Source: an uncultured Gammaproteobacteria bacterium | GTDB taxonomy: Bacteria > Pseudomonadota > Gammaproteobacteria > Chromatiales > Chromatiaceae | Direction: 5' to 3' | Length of the DNA stretch: 64,000 bases | Assembly: GCA_963698495.1 (NCBI GenBank) | Contig: CAVORB010000020.1 | Coordinates: forward strand, 85,789 to 149,788 | Shown here: piece after piece, positions 20,031 to 30,586 of the stretch | Layout of the letters: each line of letters opens with the position of its first letter | Numbering within the stretch: position 1 is the first letter of the stretch | Translations under genes and position numbers: made by a program | Notes under the pieces: generated by a model | Database searches by the model: none | What the model was told of the DNA's origin: nothing | What the model saw: the letters and a program-made list of their open reading frames with translations, nothing else

Positions 20031-20363
20031 ATGACCAATCGAGACGTCGTCGAGGCGTACCTTCGGTGCTTCTGCGGGGGCGACGTCGACGGCATGGCCC
20101 CCTTGCTCGCAACCGACCTGAGCTTTACCGGAACCCTCCATTTCTATCGCTCAGCCGCGGAGTATCTGGATGATCTCCGGCGTGACCCGCCTGAACCATC
20201 CGTATGCAGGTTCGTAAGCGTGACCAAGAGCCCGGATTCCGTGGCCGTTTTCTACGAGTACGAGAAGGCGGACCGAACGATGCGGATCGCCCAGCTGTTC
20301 ACGCTCGAATCTCGGCGAATCAAGCGCATCCTGTTGGTGTTCGATGGCAGAGGCTTCGACTAA
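20031..20363 (+). CDS. NTF2/SnoaL-like fold protein
   Basis: 110-aa ORF. The N-terminus NRDVVEAYLRCFCGGDVDGMAPLLATDLSFTG is typical of SnoaL-like proteins. Confidence 0.55.
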   Translation: MTNRDVVEAYLRCFCGGDVDGMAPLLATDLSFTGTLHFYRSAAEYLDDLRRDPPEPSVCRFVSVTKSPDSVAVFYEYEKADRTMRIAQLFTLESRRIKRILLVFDGRGFD

Positions 20364-20550
20364 CATGAGCGGGCGCGGAGGTCGCTGACCCTGCCTCATC
20401 CCGTCGGACATCGGCGCGAGCGACCCCCCGCCTGGTTTCGGCTGATCCTGCTGCCGCTCACGGATCACCTACCGACCTCAGACGCGGCATCTGGACGAAC
20501 GCTTGTCATCACCAACGCGCCAGTCCAGCGCGAAGAACCCGGGAACAGCG

Positions 20551-22017
20551 ATGAAATACCAAGACCTGCGCGACTTCATCGGCCAGCTGGAGCAACGGGG
20601 CGAGCTCAAGCGCGTCCCGGTCGTGGTCGACCCCTACCTGGAGATCACCGAGATCTGCGACCGCACCCTGCGGGCAGGCGGTCCGGCACTGCTGTTCGAG
20701 CGGCCGAAAGGGTCGGACATCCCCCTCCTGGCGAACCTGTTCGGTACCCCCAAACGGGTTGCCCTCGGGATGGGGGAGGAATCGGTGGAGGCCCTGCGCG
20801 AGGTCGGCAAGCTGCTCGCCTTTCTCAAGGAACCGGACCCGCCGCGCGGCATGAAGGAGGCGTGGCGAACCCTCCCGATCTTCAAGAAGGTGCTGGACAT
20901 GGCCCCCAAGGTCCGGCGTAGCGCGCCGTGCCAGGAGGAAGAAATACCCCGCGAAGAGGTGGATCTCTCGCGGCTGCCGATACAGACCTGCTGGCCTGGA
21001 GATGCTGGCCCGCTGATCACCTGGGGCCTGGTCGTCACCCGCGGACCCGAGAAGCCGCGCCAGAACCTCGGCATCTATCGCATGCAGGTGATCGGGCGCA
21101 ACCGGGTCATCATGCGCTGGCTCGCCCACCGCGGCGGTGCGCTCGACTTCCGGGACTGGCAGCGCGCACGCCCGGGGGAACCCTTCCCCATAGCGGTCGC
21201 GCTCGGGGCCGACCCGGCCACCATCCTGGGTGCGGTCACGCCGGTTCCGGACAGCCTGTCGGAGTACGCCTTCGCCGGCCTGCTTCGGGGCAGCCGCACC
21301 GAGCTGGCGGCCTGCCGGGGATCGGACCTGCAGGTGCCGGCGAGCGCGGAGCTGGTGCTGGAGGGCCACATCCAATCCGACGACACCGCGCCCGAGGGTC
21401 CTTTCGGAGACCATACCGGCTATTACAACGAGGTCGACACCTTCCCGGTCTTCACCATCGAGCGCATCACCCACCGCCGCGACCCCATCTACCACAGCAC
21501 CTACACCGGCCGTCCGCCGGACGAGCCCGCCATTCTGGGCGTGGCTTTGAACGAGGTCTTCGTGCCCATCCTGCAGAAACAGTTCCCTGAGATCCTGGAC
21601 TTCTACCTGCCGCCGGAGGGCTGTTCTTACCGGCTCGCCGTGGTCAGCATGCGAAAGCAGTACCCTGGCCACGCCAAGCGGGTGATGATGGGGGTGTGGT
21701 CCTTTTTGCGGCAGTTCATGTACACCAAGTTCGTGATCGTGGTGGACGAGGACGTGAACACCCGCGACTGGAAGGACGTGATCTGGGCCATGACCACGCG
21801 CATGGACCCGGCGCGGGACACGGTGCTGGTGGAGAACACGCCGATCGACTATCTGGACTTCGCCTCCCCCGTGTCGGGGCTCGGCTCGAAGATCGGGCTC
21901 GACGCCACCAACAAGTGGCCGGGAGAGACGCAGCGGGAATGGGGCCGCCCGATCCGCATGGACGAGGAGGTCAAGGCGCGGGTGGACACGCTCTGGGCGC
22001 GGCTGGAAATCGACTGA
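20551..22017 (+). CDS. ubiD: 4-hydroxy-3-polyprenylbenzoate decarboxylase UbiD
   Basis: [22 protein letters not shown]..., [17 protein letters not shown] and [11 protein letters not shown]. Intact. Confidence 0.9.
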   Translation: MKYQDLRDFIGQLEQRGELKRVPVVVDPYLEITEICDRTLRAGGPALLFERPKGSDIPLLANLFGTPKRVALGMGEESVEALREVGKLLAFLKEPDPPRGMKEAWRTLPIFKKVLDMAPKVRRSAPCQEEEIPREEVDLSRLPIQTCWPGDAGPLITWGLVVTRGPEKPRQNLGIYRMQVIGRNRVIMRWLAHRGGALDFRDWQRARPGEPFPIAVALGADPATILGAVTPVPDSLSEYAFAGLLRGSRTELAACRGSDLQVPASAELVLEGHIQSDDTAPEGPFGDHTGYYNEVDTFPVFTIERITHRRDPIYHSTYTGRPPDEPAILGVALNEVFVPILQKQFPEILDFYLPPEGCSYRLAVVSMRKQYPGHAKRVMMGVWSFLRQFMYTKFVIVVDEDVNTRDWKDVIWAMTTRMDPARDTVLVENTPIDYLDFASPVSGLGSKIGLDATNKWPGETQREWGRPIRMDEEVKARVDTLWARLEID

Positions 22018-22074
22018 GGCGAAAAGACGCACGGCCCAATACGGCGGGCCGCACGCCCAAAACCTCCGCGACCG

Positions 22075-22347
22075 CTAGCGGAAACGCCGAGCCGGGCGTT
22101 CAGCTCGCGGGCGAGCCTCGTTGACCGTGAGCTTGCGTCCTTGCACCGGTTGGTCGTTCAGCGATTTGATCGCCTCTTCCGCGTCCGCGTTGTCCGGCAT
22201 GTCCACGAACCCGAACCCCTTGGACTGGCCCGAGAACTTGTCCTTGACGACCTCGGCACTGGTCAGCTCGCCGAACTCGGAGAACATCTCCTGCAGGTCG
22301 TCATCGGTGACACTGTAAGGCAGGTTACCTACGTAGATCCTCATCAC
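22075..22347 (-). CDS. RRM-domain RNA-binding protein
   Basis: RNP2 IYVGNL and RNP1 KGFGFVDM, with an Arg-rich tail. Confidence 0.85.
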   Translation of the reverse strand: MMRIYVGNLPYSVTDDDLQEMFSEFGELTSAEVVKDKFSGQSKGFGFVDMPDNADAEEAIKSLNDQPVQGRKLTVNEARPRAERPARRFR

Positions 22348-22763
22348 TCACTCTCGTACAGGTGTGCATTGATCGAGCCCGCGCCCTCGCACGACCAACG
22401 CACAAGTCGGACGATGGCGAACGGCATTCGCGTGCCGTGTTCGGTGGCGGTTCAGCGCGACTGAACAGGAGAACGGACCGGGAAAGACCGACTTACGCCG
22501 CGATGGCGCCGCTGGGCGTGCCCGGAGAACAAGGGATCATCGGGAAGGGACCAAGGGAGAAACCGCCGACATGCACCGACCGGGGGACGGGGCAAACTGA
22601 GCGATCAGATTCCGCGGACAGGCCCCGGATGGGCTCCAGAGCGGGGGTTGTAGACGTCACTTTCCTTGCGTGGCGCGGGACCCTGGCATTCGATCGGCTG
22701 TAGCCTGCATCGAAAGCTAGTGTATGCGCGCGCCCTCGTCAACCTGGCGGGACAGGCACCGCA

Positions 22764-23999
22764 TCAGACTTCGCGGGTGCCGGAGACCCGGAACCCGGCT
22801 TGCTCCACCGCCCGCACCAGGTCGCCGGCATCGAGGCGGTCTCCCCGTACCCGCACCAGACCTGAAGCTAGATTGGGGGAGGCCTCATCCACCGCCTCCA
22901 GCCCTTCGAGGGATCTCTTCACGCTGGCCACGCAGTGCTGGCATGACATGCCCTCCACCTTCAGCGTCACGCCCTGCTCGTCCGCGGCGCGCGTTCGCCG
23001 CGCGTCCAGGGCCGCGGCCACGCGGCGCAACACCAGGTAAGTCAACAGGGCGGCGACCGCGATGGCCGACGGAGTGCCGATCCAATCCACGCCGTGCGGC
23101 TGCAGATCGTCGGTAGGCCGCACGCCGGACAGCAGGAAATCGAACAGCAAGCCCAGGGAGATACTCATGAACGCGACCGTGCCCAGGTACAGCGCCAGCA
23201 CCCGACCGCCTAATGTGCGGTAAACCGCCCCCAAGGTCGCCACGTTGGTGGCCGGTCCGGCCATGAGGAAGACCAGGGCCGTCCCCGCCGGCATGCCCGC
23301 GGCGATCAGCGAGGCGGCGATCGGCACGGACCCCGTTGTGCAGACGTAGAGCGGAATGGAGATGGCGAGCACCAGCAGCATCCCGGCGATGCCCTGGGTC
23401 CATGCCAGGCCGGCGAGATAATCCGTCGGCAGGACGACCGTGACAAAGGCAGCCGCCAGCACGCCCGCGATGATCCAGAGGTCGATGGCCGCCAGCAGAT
23501 CGAACAGGGCATAGCGCAGCACGGCGGCCAGGCCACCGGCCGGGGCCTGGTCCGAAGGTGCCTCGTCTACCTCGTCCGGGGACGGATCCGGCGCGGTGAA
23601 GCGGTTCACCAGCGCGCCGCCAATGAGCCCGGTGACGAACGCCGCAGCGAGCTTGAACAACGCGAAGGGCCAGCCGAGGAAAGACGCGCTGACCAGGATG
23701 GAGTCCACGCCGATCTGGGGCGTGCTGATCATGAAGGCGGTAGTGGCACCCTTTGAGGCCCCCTCCTTGCGCAGCCCCAGCGCCGTGGGAATGACACCGC
23801 AGGAGCACAGGGAAAGCGGAACGCCGATCAGCGAGGCCCGGGTAACACTCCGCATGTCGGGGCGGTTGAACCCGCGGCGCACGAGGCCCTTGGGCAGGTA
23901 GACGTGCAGGAGCCCGGCGATGAATAGGCCGAGCAGAAGAGACGGAGACAGGTCGATCATGACCTGCCACAGCTCACGCAGAAAACGCTCGACCATCAT
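22764..23999 (-). CDS. Permease (DUF318/SO_0444-like putative metal efflux) fused to a C-terminal heavy-metal-associated domain
   Basis: Multi-TM body. The C-terminal HMA domain reads VTLKVEGMSCQHCVASVKRSLEGL (CxxC). Confidence 0.8.
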   Translation of the reverse strand: MMVERFLRELWQVMIDLSPSLLLGLFIAGLLHVYLPKGLVRRGFNRPDMRSVTRASLIGVPLSLCSCGVIPTALGLRKEGASKGATTAFMISTPQIGVDSILVSASFLGWPFALFKLAAAFVTGLIGGALVNRFTAPDPSPDEVDEAPSDQAPAGGLAAVLRYALFDLLAAIDLWIIAGVLAAAFVTVVLPTDYLAGLAWTQGIAGMLLVLAISIPLYVCTTGSVPIAASLIAAGMPAGTALVFLMAGPATNVATLGAVYRTLGGRVLALYLGTVAFMSISLGLLFDFLLSGVRPTDDLQPHGVDWIGTPSAIAVAALLTYLVLRRVAAALDARRTRAADEQGVTLKVEGMSCQHCVASVKRSLEGLEAVDEASPNLASGLVRVRGDRLDAGDLVRAVEQAGFRVSGTREV

Positions 24000-24113
24000 T
24001 GCACCGTCCGATGCGCTGGTGGGAGCCGGACAGACGACGAACGAGGACGACTCACAATCGAGGCGCCACGCGGACCGTGGCGCCTCTTCGCGGCGGGGAG
24101 TCCGCCGCCACGA

Positions 24114-24341
24114 CTAGTCGATATTGCCCTTCTCGTGCTGGTCGTAGAGGAAGCCCCCGAGCGCCCCGACACCTGCTCCGATCAGCGCGCCCCGACCCGC
24201 ATTGGCGCTCAGCGACCCGACGAGCGCGCCGCCGGCAGCGCCCATCAAGGCAGCGCTCCCGGCACGCTCGCCGGTCGTCGTTCCGCAAGCGGCAAGACCG
24301 ATCGCAGCCACAAGGGCCAGGGGAATGGTGAATGCTCTCAT
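24114..24341 (-). CDS. Glycine-zipper (YMGG/OsmB-like) lipoprotein
   Basis: Lipobox LAAC and GAAGGALVGSLSANAGRGALIGAGVGALGG. Paralogue of 24428-24655. Confidence 0.7.
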   Translation of the reverse strand: MRAFTIPLALVAAIGLAACGTTTGERAGSAALMGAAGGALVGSLSANAGRGALIGAGVGALGGFLYDQHEKGNID

Positions 24342-24427
24342 GCCTGATACTCCGATTCGTTCGCTTCTAGATATTCTGGAAGAAGTTTACGGGACGCGGT
24401 TTGGCCGCGCTTGTGGCCCGTTTGCCG

Positions 24428-24655
24428 CTAGTACGTGTTGCCCTTTTCGTGCTGATCGTACAGGTAACCGCCCAGGGCGCCGGCGCCGGCGCCGATCAGC
24501 GCGCCCTTGCCGGCGTTGGCGCTCATCGAGCCGATGAGGGCGCCACCGGCAGCACCCATGGCAGCCCCGCTGGTGGTGCGGGATGTGGTCGTCGTCCCGC
24601 AACCCGTGGCGGCAACCGCCGCGATCAACACGAACGGAAAGAGAAGTTTTTTCAC
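24428..24655 (-). CDS. Glycine-zipper (YMGG/OsmB-like) lipoprotein
   Basis: Lipobox ATGC and GAAGGALIGSMSANAGKGALIGAGAGALGG. Same 75-aa length as its neighbour. Confidence 0.7.
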   Translation of the reverse strand: MKKLLFPFVLIAAVAATGCGTTTTSRTTSGAAMGAAGGALIGSMSANAGKGALIGAGAGALGGYLYDQHEKGNTY

Positions 24656-24736
24656 GGTGTTGGCTCCTTCCTGCCGTTCAGCAGGGCAGCAATTAGGGGA
24701 TTCACAATACTTTGACCGCTCGCGTGGCCAGATGTG

Positions 24737-25138
24737 TCAGCCCTTGCAGGGATATTTGTCTGCCAGCGACCGCACCAGACCGACGACCGGGCGCTCCTGC
24801 ATCAGCTTCTTGTCCTTGGCGTTCTTCTGCGCCCAGGCGACGAAGGCCGCTTGGCCATCGGCGACGGTGGCACCCTTCGGATAGCAGATCAGGCGCTTGA
24901 GGTTCTTGCGGTTCGAGATCTCGTCGTGGTACTGCACAGCTGCCTCAATGAAGGCGCGGCAGGCGAAGGACGCCGGGATGTACTCGGCCGCGTCGGGGGC
25001 AACGGAGCAGACCTGGTACAGGTCATCGGTGGTATCCAGATCGAGATCGTCGTCGTCCACGGCAACCACGGATTGGGCGTAAAAGGCCGTCGCGACCGCG
25101 GCACCAATCACCGCCTTGATGGAAGGTTTCATTCGCAT
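24737..25138 (-). CDS. Secreted Rap1a/Tai4-like (T6SS-immunity-family-like) protein
   Basis: Signal peptide. Spacing LYQVC...FACRAFIEAAV...ICYPKGATVADGQAAFVAWAQKN...VVGLVRSLADKYPC fits the Rap1a pattern C..C.G.I......C.P.g.t..q....v.w......a...v..al...yPC. Confidence 0.5.
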   Translation of the reverse strand: MRMKPSIKAVIGAAVATAFYAQSVVAVDDDDLDLDTTDDLYQVCSVAPDAAEYIPASFACRAFIEAAVQYHDEISNRKNLKRLICYPKGATVADGQAAFVAWAQKNAKDKKLMQERPVVGLVRSLADKYPCKG

Positions 25139-25313
25139 GTTCAGTTTCCTTGACCTTGTGGTGAAAACACCCCGAGCGGTGGCTTGGGGATCGGGATAAC
25201 GCAGCGGCCCCTTGCTGCCCGCTGACCCGAAAAAAAGGCCCGGACAGACTCTCAGGGACTGGCCCTCGCATTCTAGCGAATCTTTCAGCACTTGCAGCAT
25301 CGCGTTGTCGTTT

Positions 25314-26205
25314 TCAGTCCATGGCAAGGGCGTCGCGCAGCCCTCGTTCGAGATTCGGGAAGCGCAGTTGCACGCCAAGCTCGTCGACCAGCCTGCGGTT
25401 ACTCAACCGCCGGGACTCGCGCATATAGGACATCATGCCCGCCGAGAGCTGGCTGTCGGCGTCGTCGAGGGACAAAACCGGCGGACGCGGCAGACCCGCT
25501 CCATCGGCGACACGAAAGAAATAGTCAGTCATGGTGGTGGGGTTGCCGTCGCACACATTGTAGACGCGCCCCGCAACGCCATGTTCCATGGCGGCGACGC
25601 AGGCATCCGTCAGATCCTCGACATGGACGCGGTTCGAGTAGGGTGCCTCTTCCTCGCGCACCAGGGGCAGACCCTGGCGGATGCGCTCCAGCGGCAGACG
25701 CCCGGGGCCGTAAATGCCGGCGACGCGAAGGGTCACCAGTTCCGCCCCCGAACGCCGGCTCCATTGGCGAAGCACCTGCTCCGCGTCCCAACGCCGGCGC
25801 GCCCGGTCCGCTGTCGGTCTGGGCGGCCAGCTCTCGTCCACCCAGGCCCCTTCGCAGTCGCCGTAGACCCCGGTGGTGCTGATGTAAACGATACGGCGCG
25901 GGTGGCCATGGCGATCGAAGGCGGCAACCAGGCGGCGCGTGTGCAGGTCCTCGACGCCGCGCACGGGTGGCGGCGCAAAGTGGAATATCCGCGCACCGGC
26001 CAAAGGCAGGTCGGAAAGTGCGTTCACTCGCGAGGTTGCAGGCACGGGCCGGAACGCCGTCGCGCTCAAGGTCCGCCGCGCTCTCGGCACTGCGCACGAC
26101 GCCGAGAACAGTCCCGCCGCGCGCAAGATAGCAACGCGCGACGCGCGCACCGACATAGCCGCAGCCGACGATCAGGATTCTTGTCACTTCGCGGTCTCCT
26201 CGCAA
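25314..26205 (-). pseudogene. SDR-family NAD-dependent epimerase/dehydratase-like protein with a frameshift near 26050
   Basis: The Rossmann N-terminus ILIVGCGYVGARVA is in the ORF 25525-26205 frame. The remainder, IFHFAPPP...IVYISTTGVYGD...YNVCDG, is in the ORF 25314-26156 frame. Confidence 0.75.
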
Positions 26206-26395
26206 ATCGGGTGAGGGTCGCAGGAGAGGGACCGGTCACCGCTCGCGACGACGCGGACCGGAGAAACCTACGCCCGCCGGGGCTTTTCGACTCGACAAGC
26301 TTGTCGAACCGCCCGCAAGCTCCATATAAAGCCTCTAAGTTTAGGGGCCGATGCCCTCGACACTCGTTTGTCGGCCCATTACCTTAGGAAGCACC

Positions 26396-27427
26396 ATGAA
26401 GTTCACTGTCCGCACCGATCCAGGCGGCCATCAGTTCCAGGCGCAAGCCGGGGAAAAGCTGCTCGACGCCGCGCTGCGCCAAGGTATCGGCCTGCCCTAC
26501 GGATGCCGCAACGGCCGGTGCGGGTCCTGCTCGGCAACACTCTTGGAGGGCTCGGTGACCTACCCGAGCGGCAAGACGGAGGCGCTGGAGGGCCAACCCG
26601 CGGGCACCTGCCTGACGTGCCAGGCGGTCGCCGAGAGCGATCTCGTGGTGCGGGTCGCCGAGGTCGCGAACGTCACCGAGATCGAGGCGCGCATCCTGCC
26701 CTGCCGCGTCGCCAGCAAGGAGCAGCTGAGCCATGACGTGGTGCGGCTGCAGCTCAAGCTGCCGGATAACCAACGGCTCCACTTCTTCGCCGGCCAGTAC
26801 CTGGACTTCATCCTGCGCGACGGGCGCAAGCGCGCCTTCTCGATCGCCAACGCCCCCCACGACGACGACCACATCGAACTGCACGTGCGTCACGTCCCGG
26901 GAGGCGAGTTCACCGACTATGTGTTCGACAGCATGAAGGACCGCGCCATCCTGCGCATCCTGGCGCCACTGGGGACCTTCGTCCTGCACGAGGATTCCGA
27001 CCGTCCGATGATCTTCATGGGCGGCGGCACGGGCTTCGCCCCGATCAAGGGCATGGTCGAGCATGCCTTTCACACCGGAATCGAGCGCCCCATGCATCTC
27101 TACTGGGGGGTTCGATCGCGCCGCGACCTCTACCTGCCCGAGCTGCCCGAGCGCTGGGCGCGGGAGCACGCCAACTTCGACTTCACCCCCGTGCTGTCGG
27201 AGCCGGACGCGGACTGGGACGGCCGCGCGGGATTCGTCCACGAGGCGGTCGTCGCGGACCACCCCGATATGAGCGGCTTCGACGTCTACATGAGCGGACC
27301 GCCAGTCATGGTCGAGGCCGGGAGACTGGCATTCGAGGCCCGCGGGCTCAGCGTGGATCACATGTTCTCCGACGCCTTCGAATACGCCGCGGACAGCAAG
27401 CGGAAGCAGGAATCCGCCAGCCCCTGA
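26396..27427 (+). CDS. 2Fe-2S ferredoxin / FNR-like flavin reductase fusion (CDP-6-deoxy-delta-3,4-glucoseen reductase-like)
   Basis: CRNGRCGSCSA...C 2Fe-2S motif, FAD motif RAFSIAN and NAD motif MGGGTGFAP. Intact, with SD AGGAA. Confidence 0.85.
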   Translation: MKFTVRTDPGGHQFQAQAGEKLLDAALRQGIGLPYGCRNGRCGSCSATLLEGSVTYPSGKTEALEGQPAGTCLTCQAVAESDLVVRVAEVANVTEIEARILPCRVASKEQLSHDVVRLQLKLPDNQRLHFFAGQYLDFILRDGRKRAFSIANAPHDDDHIELHVRHVPGGEFTDYVFDSMKDRAILRILAPLGTFVLHEDSDRPMIFMGGGTGFAPIKGMVEHAFHTGIERPMHLYWGVRSRRDLYLPELPERWAREHANFDFTPVLSEPDADWDGRAGFVHEAVVADHPDMSGFDVYMSGPPVMVEAGRLAFEARGLSVDHMFSDAFEYAADSKRKQESASP

Positions 27428-27463
27428 CCACTCGACCTCAGCCGTAGCGCGATGTGGCGGAAC

Positions 27464-28972
27464 CTAGCGGACCCCGGCGACCGGACGCATCTGGGTGTCG
27501 CAGGAACCCCCGACCTTCGCCGTCTTCAGACTCCCCCCGCCCCGGCACTGCTCACCCCGATCCTGGATGCGGCAGGTGAGCTCCAGCGGCTTGCCCGCGT
27601 TCAGCCAGCTCGGCGTCTTGCGATAGCGACCGACCGTACCGAGCCGGCAACCGCCGGGAATGCCGTAAGCACGGCAACCGGAGGCATTGCGCAGCGAGAC
27701 CTTGCGCGCGTCCACCGTGAAGCCCGGGTAGTTGTCCTCGATCCGAATCACATCGCGATCCTCGTCCTCGCGGAACAGGAACTGCTGAAACCTGTACCCG
27801 CCGGAGGTCTTGTCCCCGACCTTGATCCGGGTATCCGCGATCAGGGCGAAGTCCCCGCCCTTGCTCGCGACGGCGCCCGACATGTACTCCACCCGGTTGT
27901 GGTCGGGGAAGCACTTGCCCATTGCCGGGGCGTGATAGTAGTGGCGGAGGCTCTGCAAGTCTCCCATTCCGTTGCCGGGGAAAAGCTCCCGCAGCTCGGC
28001 ATCGCTACCGAACAGGATGCGCTCCACATCGCCCACGTTCTGCCCGTACATGGCCTGGATCTTCGCGTAGTAGTCGTTTCCTGACAGGTCATCGCGCAGA
28101 TAGCAGGAAGTCAGTCCGGAGATCTGGGTCAGATACTCGTCCCAGATGTTGTACTGCGAGACCTTGGAGGAAACGCCCTGGAAATCCCCCGGGAAGCGGC
28201 AGCCCTGACCGCCCTGGCACTGGCCCCGCGCCCGGTTGCGGATCGACAGCGCGATGACGTTGCGCTCACAGGCGCCATAGGCGTTGCAGCCGCGATCGAG
28301 GTGCCCCTCGTAGAGCGCGGTCCGCATCGTATAGTCCAGGTGCTTGGCCTCGGCCAGGGTCTTGTCCGGCCACTTGCGCTTGTTGTCTTGGATGAACCCG
28401 TCCCAGGCCCGCGCCAGGGCGGCGCGCCGCCCGATCAGGCGACGGTTCGCGTCCTCGCAATCCTGCGAGTTGTGGAAGGCGCGGACGATCCGGTCCAGCT
28501 CGCTCTGCCCCTTGCCGCCACCGCCGCCCCTGCCCGGCGGGTCGAAGAAGGGCGCCTTCTCCAGCGCGTAGAAGGAGCGCACGTTGACGACATGGCGCAC
28601 GCCGCTGTCGCAGTGGTGATTGGGCACGGTCAGGGACTTGCGCCGCTCGAAGGTGCGCTTGAAGCGGTCCGTGTCCGCCCGCGTCGCCTTGCGCGAATCG
28701 ACCAGGATCTCAAAGCCCACGTAAGGCGTTCCGCTACTGTCGGTCAGGGGCCGGCCGTTGCGGATCACCAGGCAGGGAATGATGGAGGTGCCCTGTGCAA
28801 GGGTCCCGGCGGGCGACGACGCGCCCCTACGCGCGAAGCTATCGACCTCGTAATAGGGGATCTCCAGGTCGCCGTTGAAGCGGTAGAAGGTCATGGGCAG
28901 GGTCGCGGGAATGCCCGCCGCGGCCTCAGCCGAGATCATCAGAAGCGCGAGTAGCGCCAACGCCATTTTCAT
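27464..28972 (-). CDS. Secreted Cys-rich protein, possibly with a SleB-like cell-wall-hydrolase domain
   Basis: Signal peptide MKMALALLALLMISAEAAA. The central NVIALSIRNRA...FPGDFQGVSSKVSQYNIWDE resembles the Hydrolase_2 pattern. Weak call. Confidence 0.5.
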   Translation of the reverse strand: MKMALALLALLMISAEAAAGIPATLPMTFYRFNGDLEIPYYEVDSFARRGASSPAGTLAQGTSIIPCLVIRNGRPLTDSSGTPYVGFEILVDSRKATRADTDRFKRTFERRKSLTVPNHHCDSGVRHVVNVRSFYALEKAPFFDPPGRGGGGGKGQSELDRIVRAFHNSQDCEDANRRLIGRRAALARAWDGFIQDNKRKWPDKTLAEAKHLDYTMRTALYEGHLDRGCNAYGACERNVIALSIRNRARGQCQGGQGCRFPGDFQGVSSKVSQYNIWDEYLTQISGLTSCYLRDDLSGNDYYAKIQAMYGQNVGDVERILFGSDAELRELFPGNGMGDLQSLRHYYHAPAMGKCFPDHNRVEYMSGAVASKGGDFALIADTRIKVGDKTSGGYRFQQFLFREDEDRDVIRIEDNYPGFTVDARKVSLRNASGCRAYGIPGGCRLGTVGRYRKTPSWLNAGKPLELTCRIQDRGEQCRGGGSLKTAKVGGSCDTQMRPVAGVR

Positions 28973-29087
28973 GAACTGCTTCCCAATCGAGATTCGTGGA
29001 CACCGCCTGCGGCGGCTCGCTTGAGCCTAGCACGGGTTGGGGTCGAGTCTCACGCCCCACGACCGAGCGCAACGGCTCGACGGCGAT

Positions 29088-30576
29088 TCAGAAGCCACCG
29101 CCGGTTCGGAAGCCGCCACCCCCTCCTCGTCCGCCGCCGACGCGGCCACCGCCTCCTCCCCAACCGCCGCGGCCACGACCACGGCCCAGCCCACCGCCGA
29201 GGATGTCGCCGAGTCCGCCGAGATCGCCGACCCCGCCGCCCCACACGGTACCCCGCCCGAACCCACCCGAGCCGAAGGTCGGGTCGGAGCGCTGGGGCCG
29301 GTACTGCTGCTGTTCCTGGAGCACCTTCCACAGGGCGCGCCGGTCGAGCATGCCGTTGAGGAAGTTGCCGAGCATGAGCGCGATGACCGCGCCATCGCTG
29401 AAGGAAGACCCCGCCCGGTCGTAGTGGTGACGCTTGAACTCGGTCCGCACCGACTCGAGCTCGGTCAGCCGCGTGTGGTGCTGCGCCAGGGTGTCCTTGA
29501 GACCCTGCAGGCTCGCCTCCAGCATGCGGCCCTCGTCGTCGCGCTGCAGCATGCGACTGACGATCAGATCATCGTCCGGGAAGGGCGTCGCCAATGCCTC
29601 TCGCCGCAGCTCCATCAGGTCGTCGCGCTGGAGCTCCGCGGCGAGGTATTCCACCGCTCTGCGGGTATGCTCGTCGTCCCCGGAGGCAAGCGCCGCCTTC
29701 TGCGCCATCAGGGCCTGGTGCCCCGCCTCGGCGGCCTCGATGCGCTGATCGGTGGCGTCGAGCCTGCCCTGCTGGGCCTCCAGCTCGGCCTCGAGCGCAG
29801 GGATGCCGTCTGCCTCCCGCGCCGAGTTGTCCAGGTGCTTAAGCGCCTCGAACTCCGTTTCCGCCACCGCCTTGAGACCCTCCGCGTGCTCGCGCAGGCG
29901 CTCCGGGATCTCGTTCAGGCGGGCATAGTTGGCCCGCGCGTCGGCAAAATCGATCAGGCGCGCGACCTTGCCGTCGAGCCAGCGAACCAGACCGTTGGCC
30001 TCGTACGCCGGCAGCCCGATAGCTGCGCCGCCAGAGGTACATGAACAAGGGATCGCCGCGGTAGGACTCGCCCTTTCGCTCCTTCTCCTGCTCGCTGTTG
30101 GCGGCCTTCTCCGCGGCGTGCATCGCGGTGCGCTCGGCCTCCTGCGCCCGCTCGCGCTGCGCCTGATACGCCGGGTCGGCGTCGAGCCGCGACTGGGTGC
30201 GCGCCTCCGCCTCGTCCACCGCCTCGGCGGCACGGTCCACCACGTCGGCCTGGGCCGCGCGCTCCGTCTCCAGCACCTTACGTTCGTCCTCCGACGCCCG
30301 TATGCGCGCGGCGAGATCCTGCGCCGCGGCGTCCCGGCTCTTCAGGAGGGCGAGCACCTGCTGTTCCGCCTGATCGATGTGCTGCACCAGATCGCCGCCG
30401 GCGAGCAGATCCACCCGCACCCGGGCGAGCTCGCGGAAATCCTGGGCATCGGCCTTCTGTTGCTCGACCAGGGTCGAGCTGATCGCCGCGATGCGCTGCT
30501 CGACCGCGTCCAGCTTGGCGCGCTCCTCGGTGAGCGCCTGATCGATGGAGGCCAGGGTCTGTCGTCCCGAGATCAT
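29088..30576 (-). pseudogene. Long coiled-coil protein with Gly/Arg-rich C-terminal tail; one frameshift near 30012-30030
   Basis: The N-half (ORF 29839-30576) is credible up to GDPLFMYLW. The C-half (ORF 29088-30233) is credible from AYEANGLVRWLDGK and ends in GGGLGRGRGRGGWGGGGG...GGGF. Confidence 0.6.
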
Positions 30577-30586
30577 GTGAGCCTCC

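Noticed and set aside
20509-22032. 507-aa ORF on the minus strand
   Set aside because: It is exactly antisense to ubiD. The Arg/Ala/Pro/Gly/His-rich composition is typical of shadow ORFs in high-GC DNA, and no motifs were recognised.
29088-29300. GC-rich triplet-like repetitiveness (also 45062-45130 and 47990-48250) as tandem repeats or a CRISPR-like array
   Set aside because: These stretches are in-frame Gly-rich (GGN) coding tails or Gly/Tyr repeats of proteins. They lack repeat-spacer organisation.
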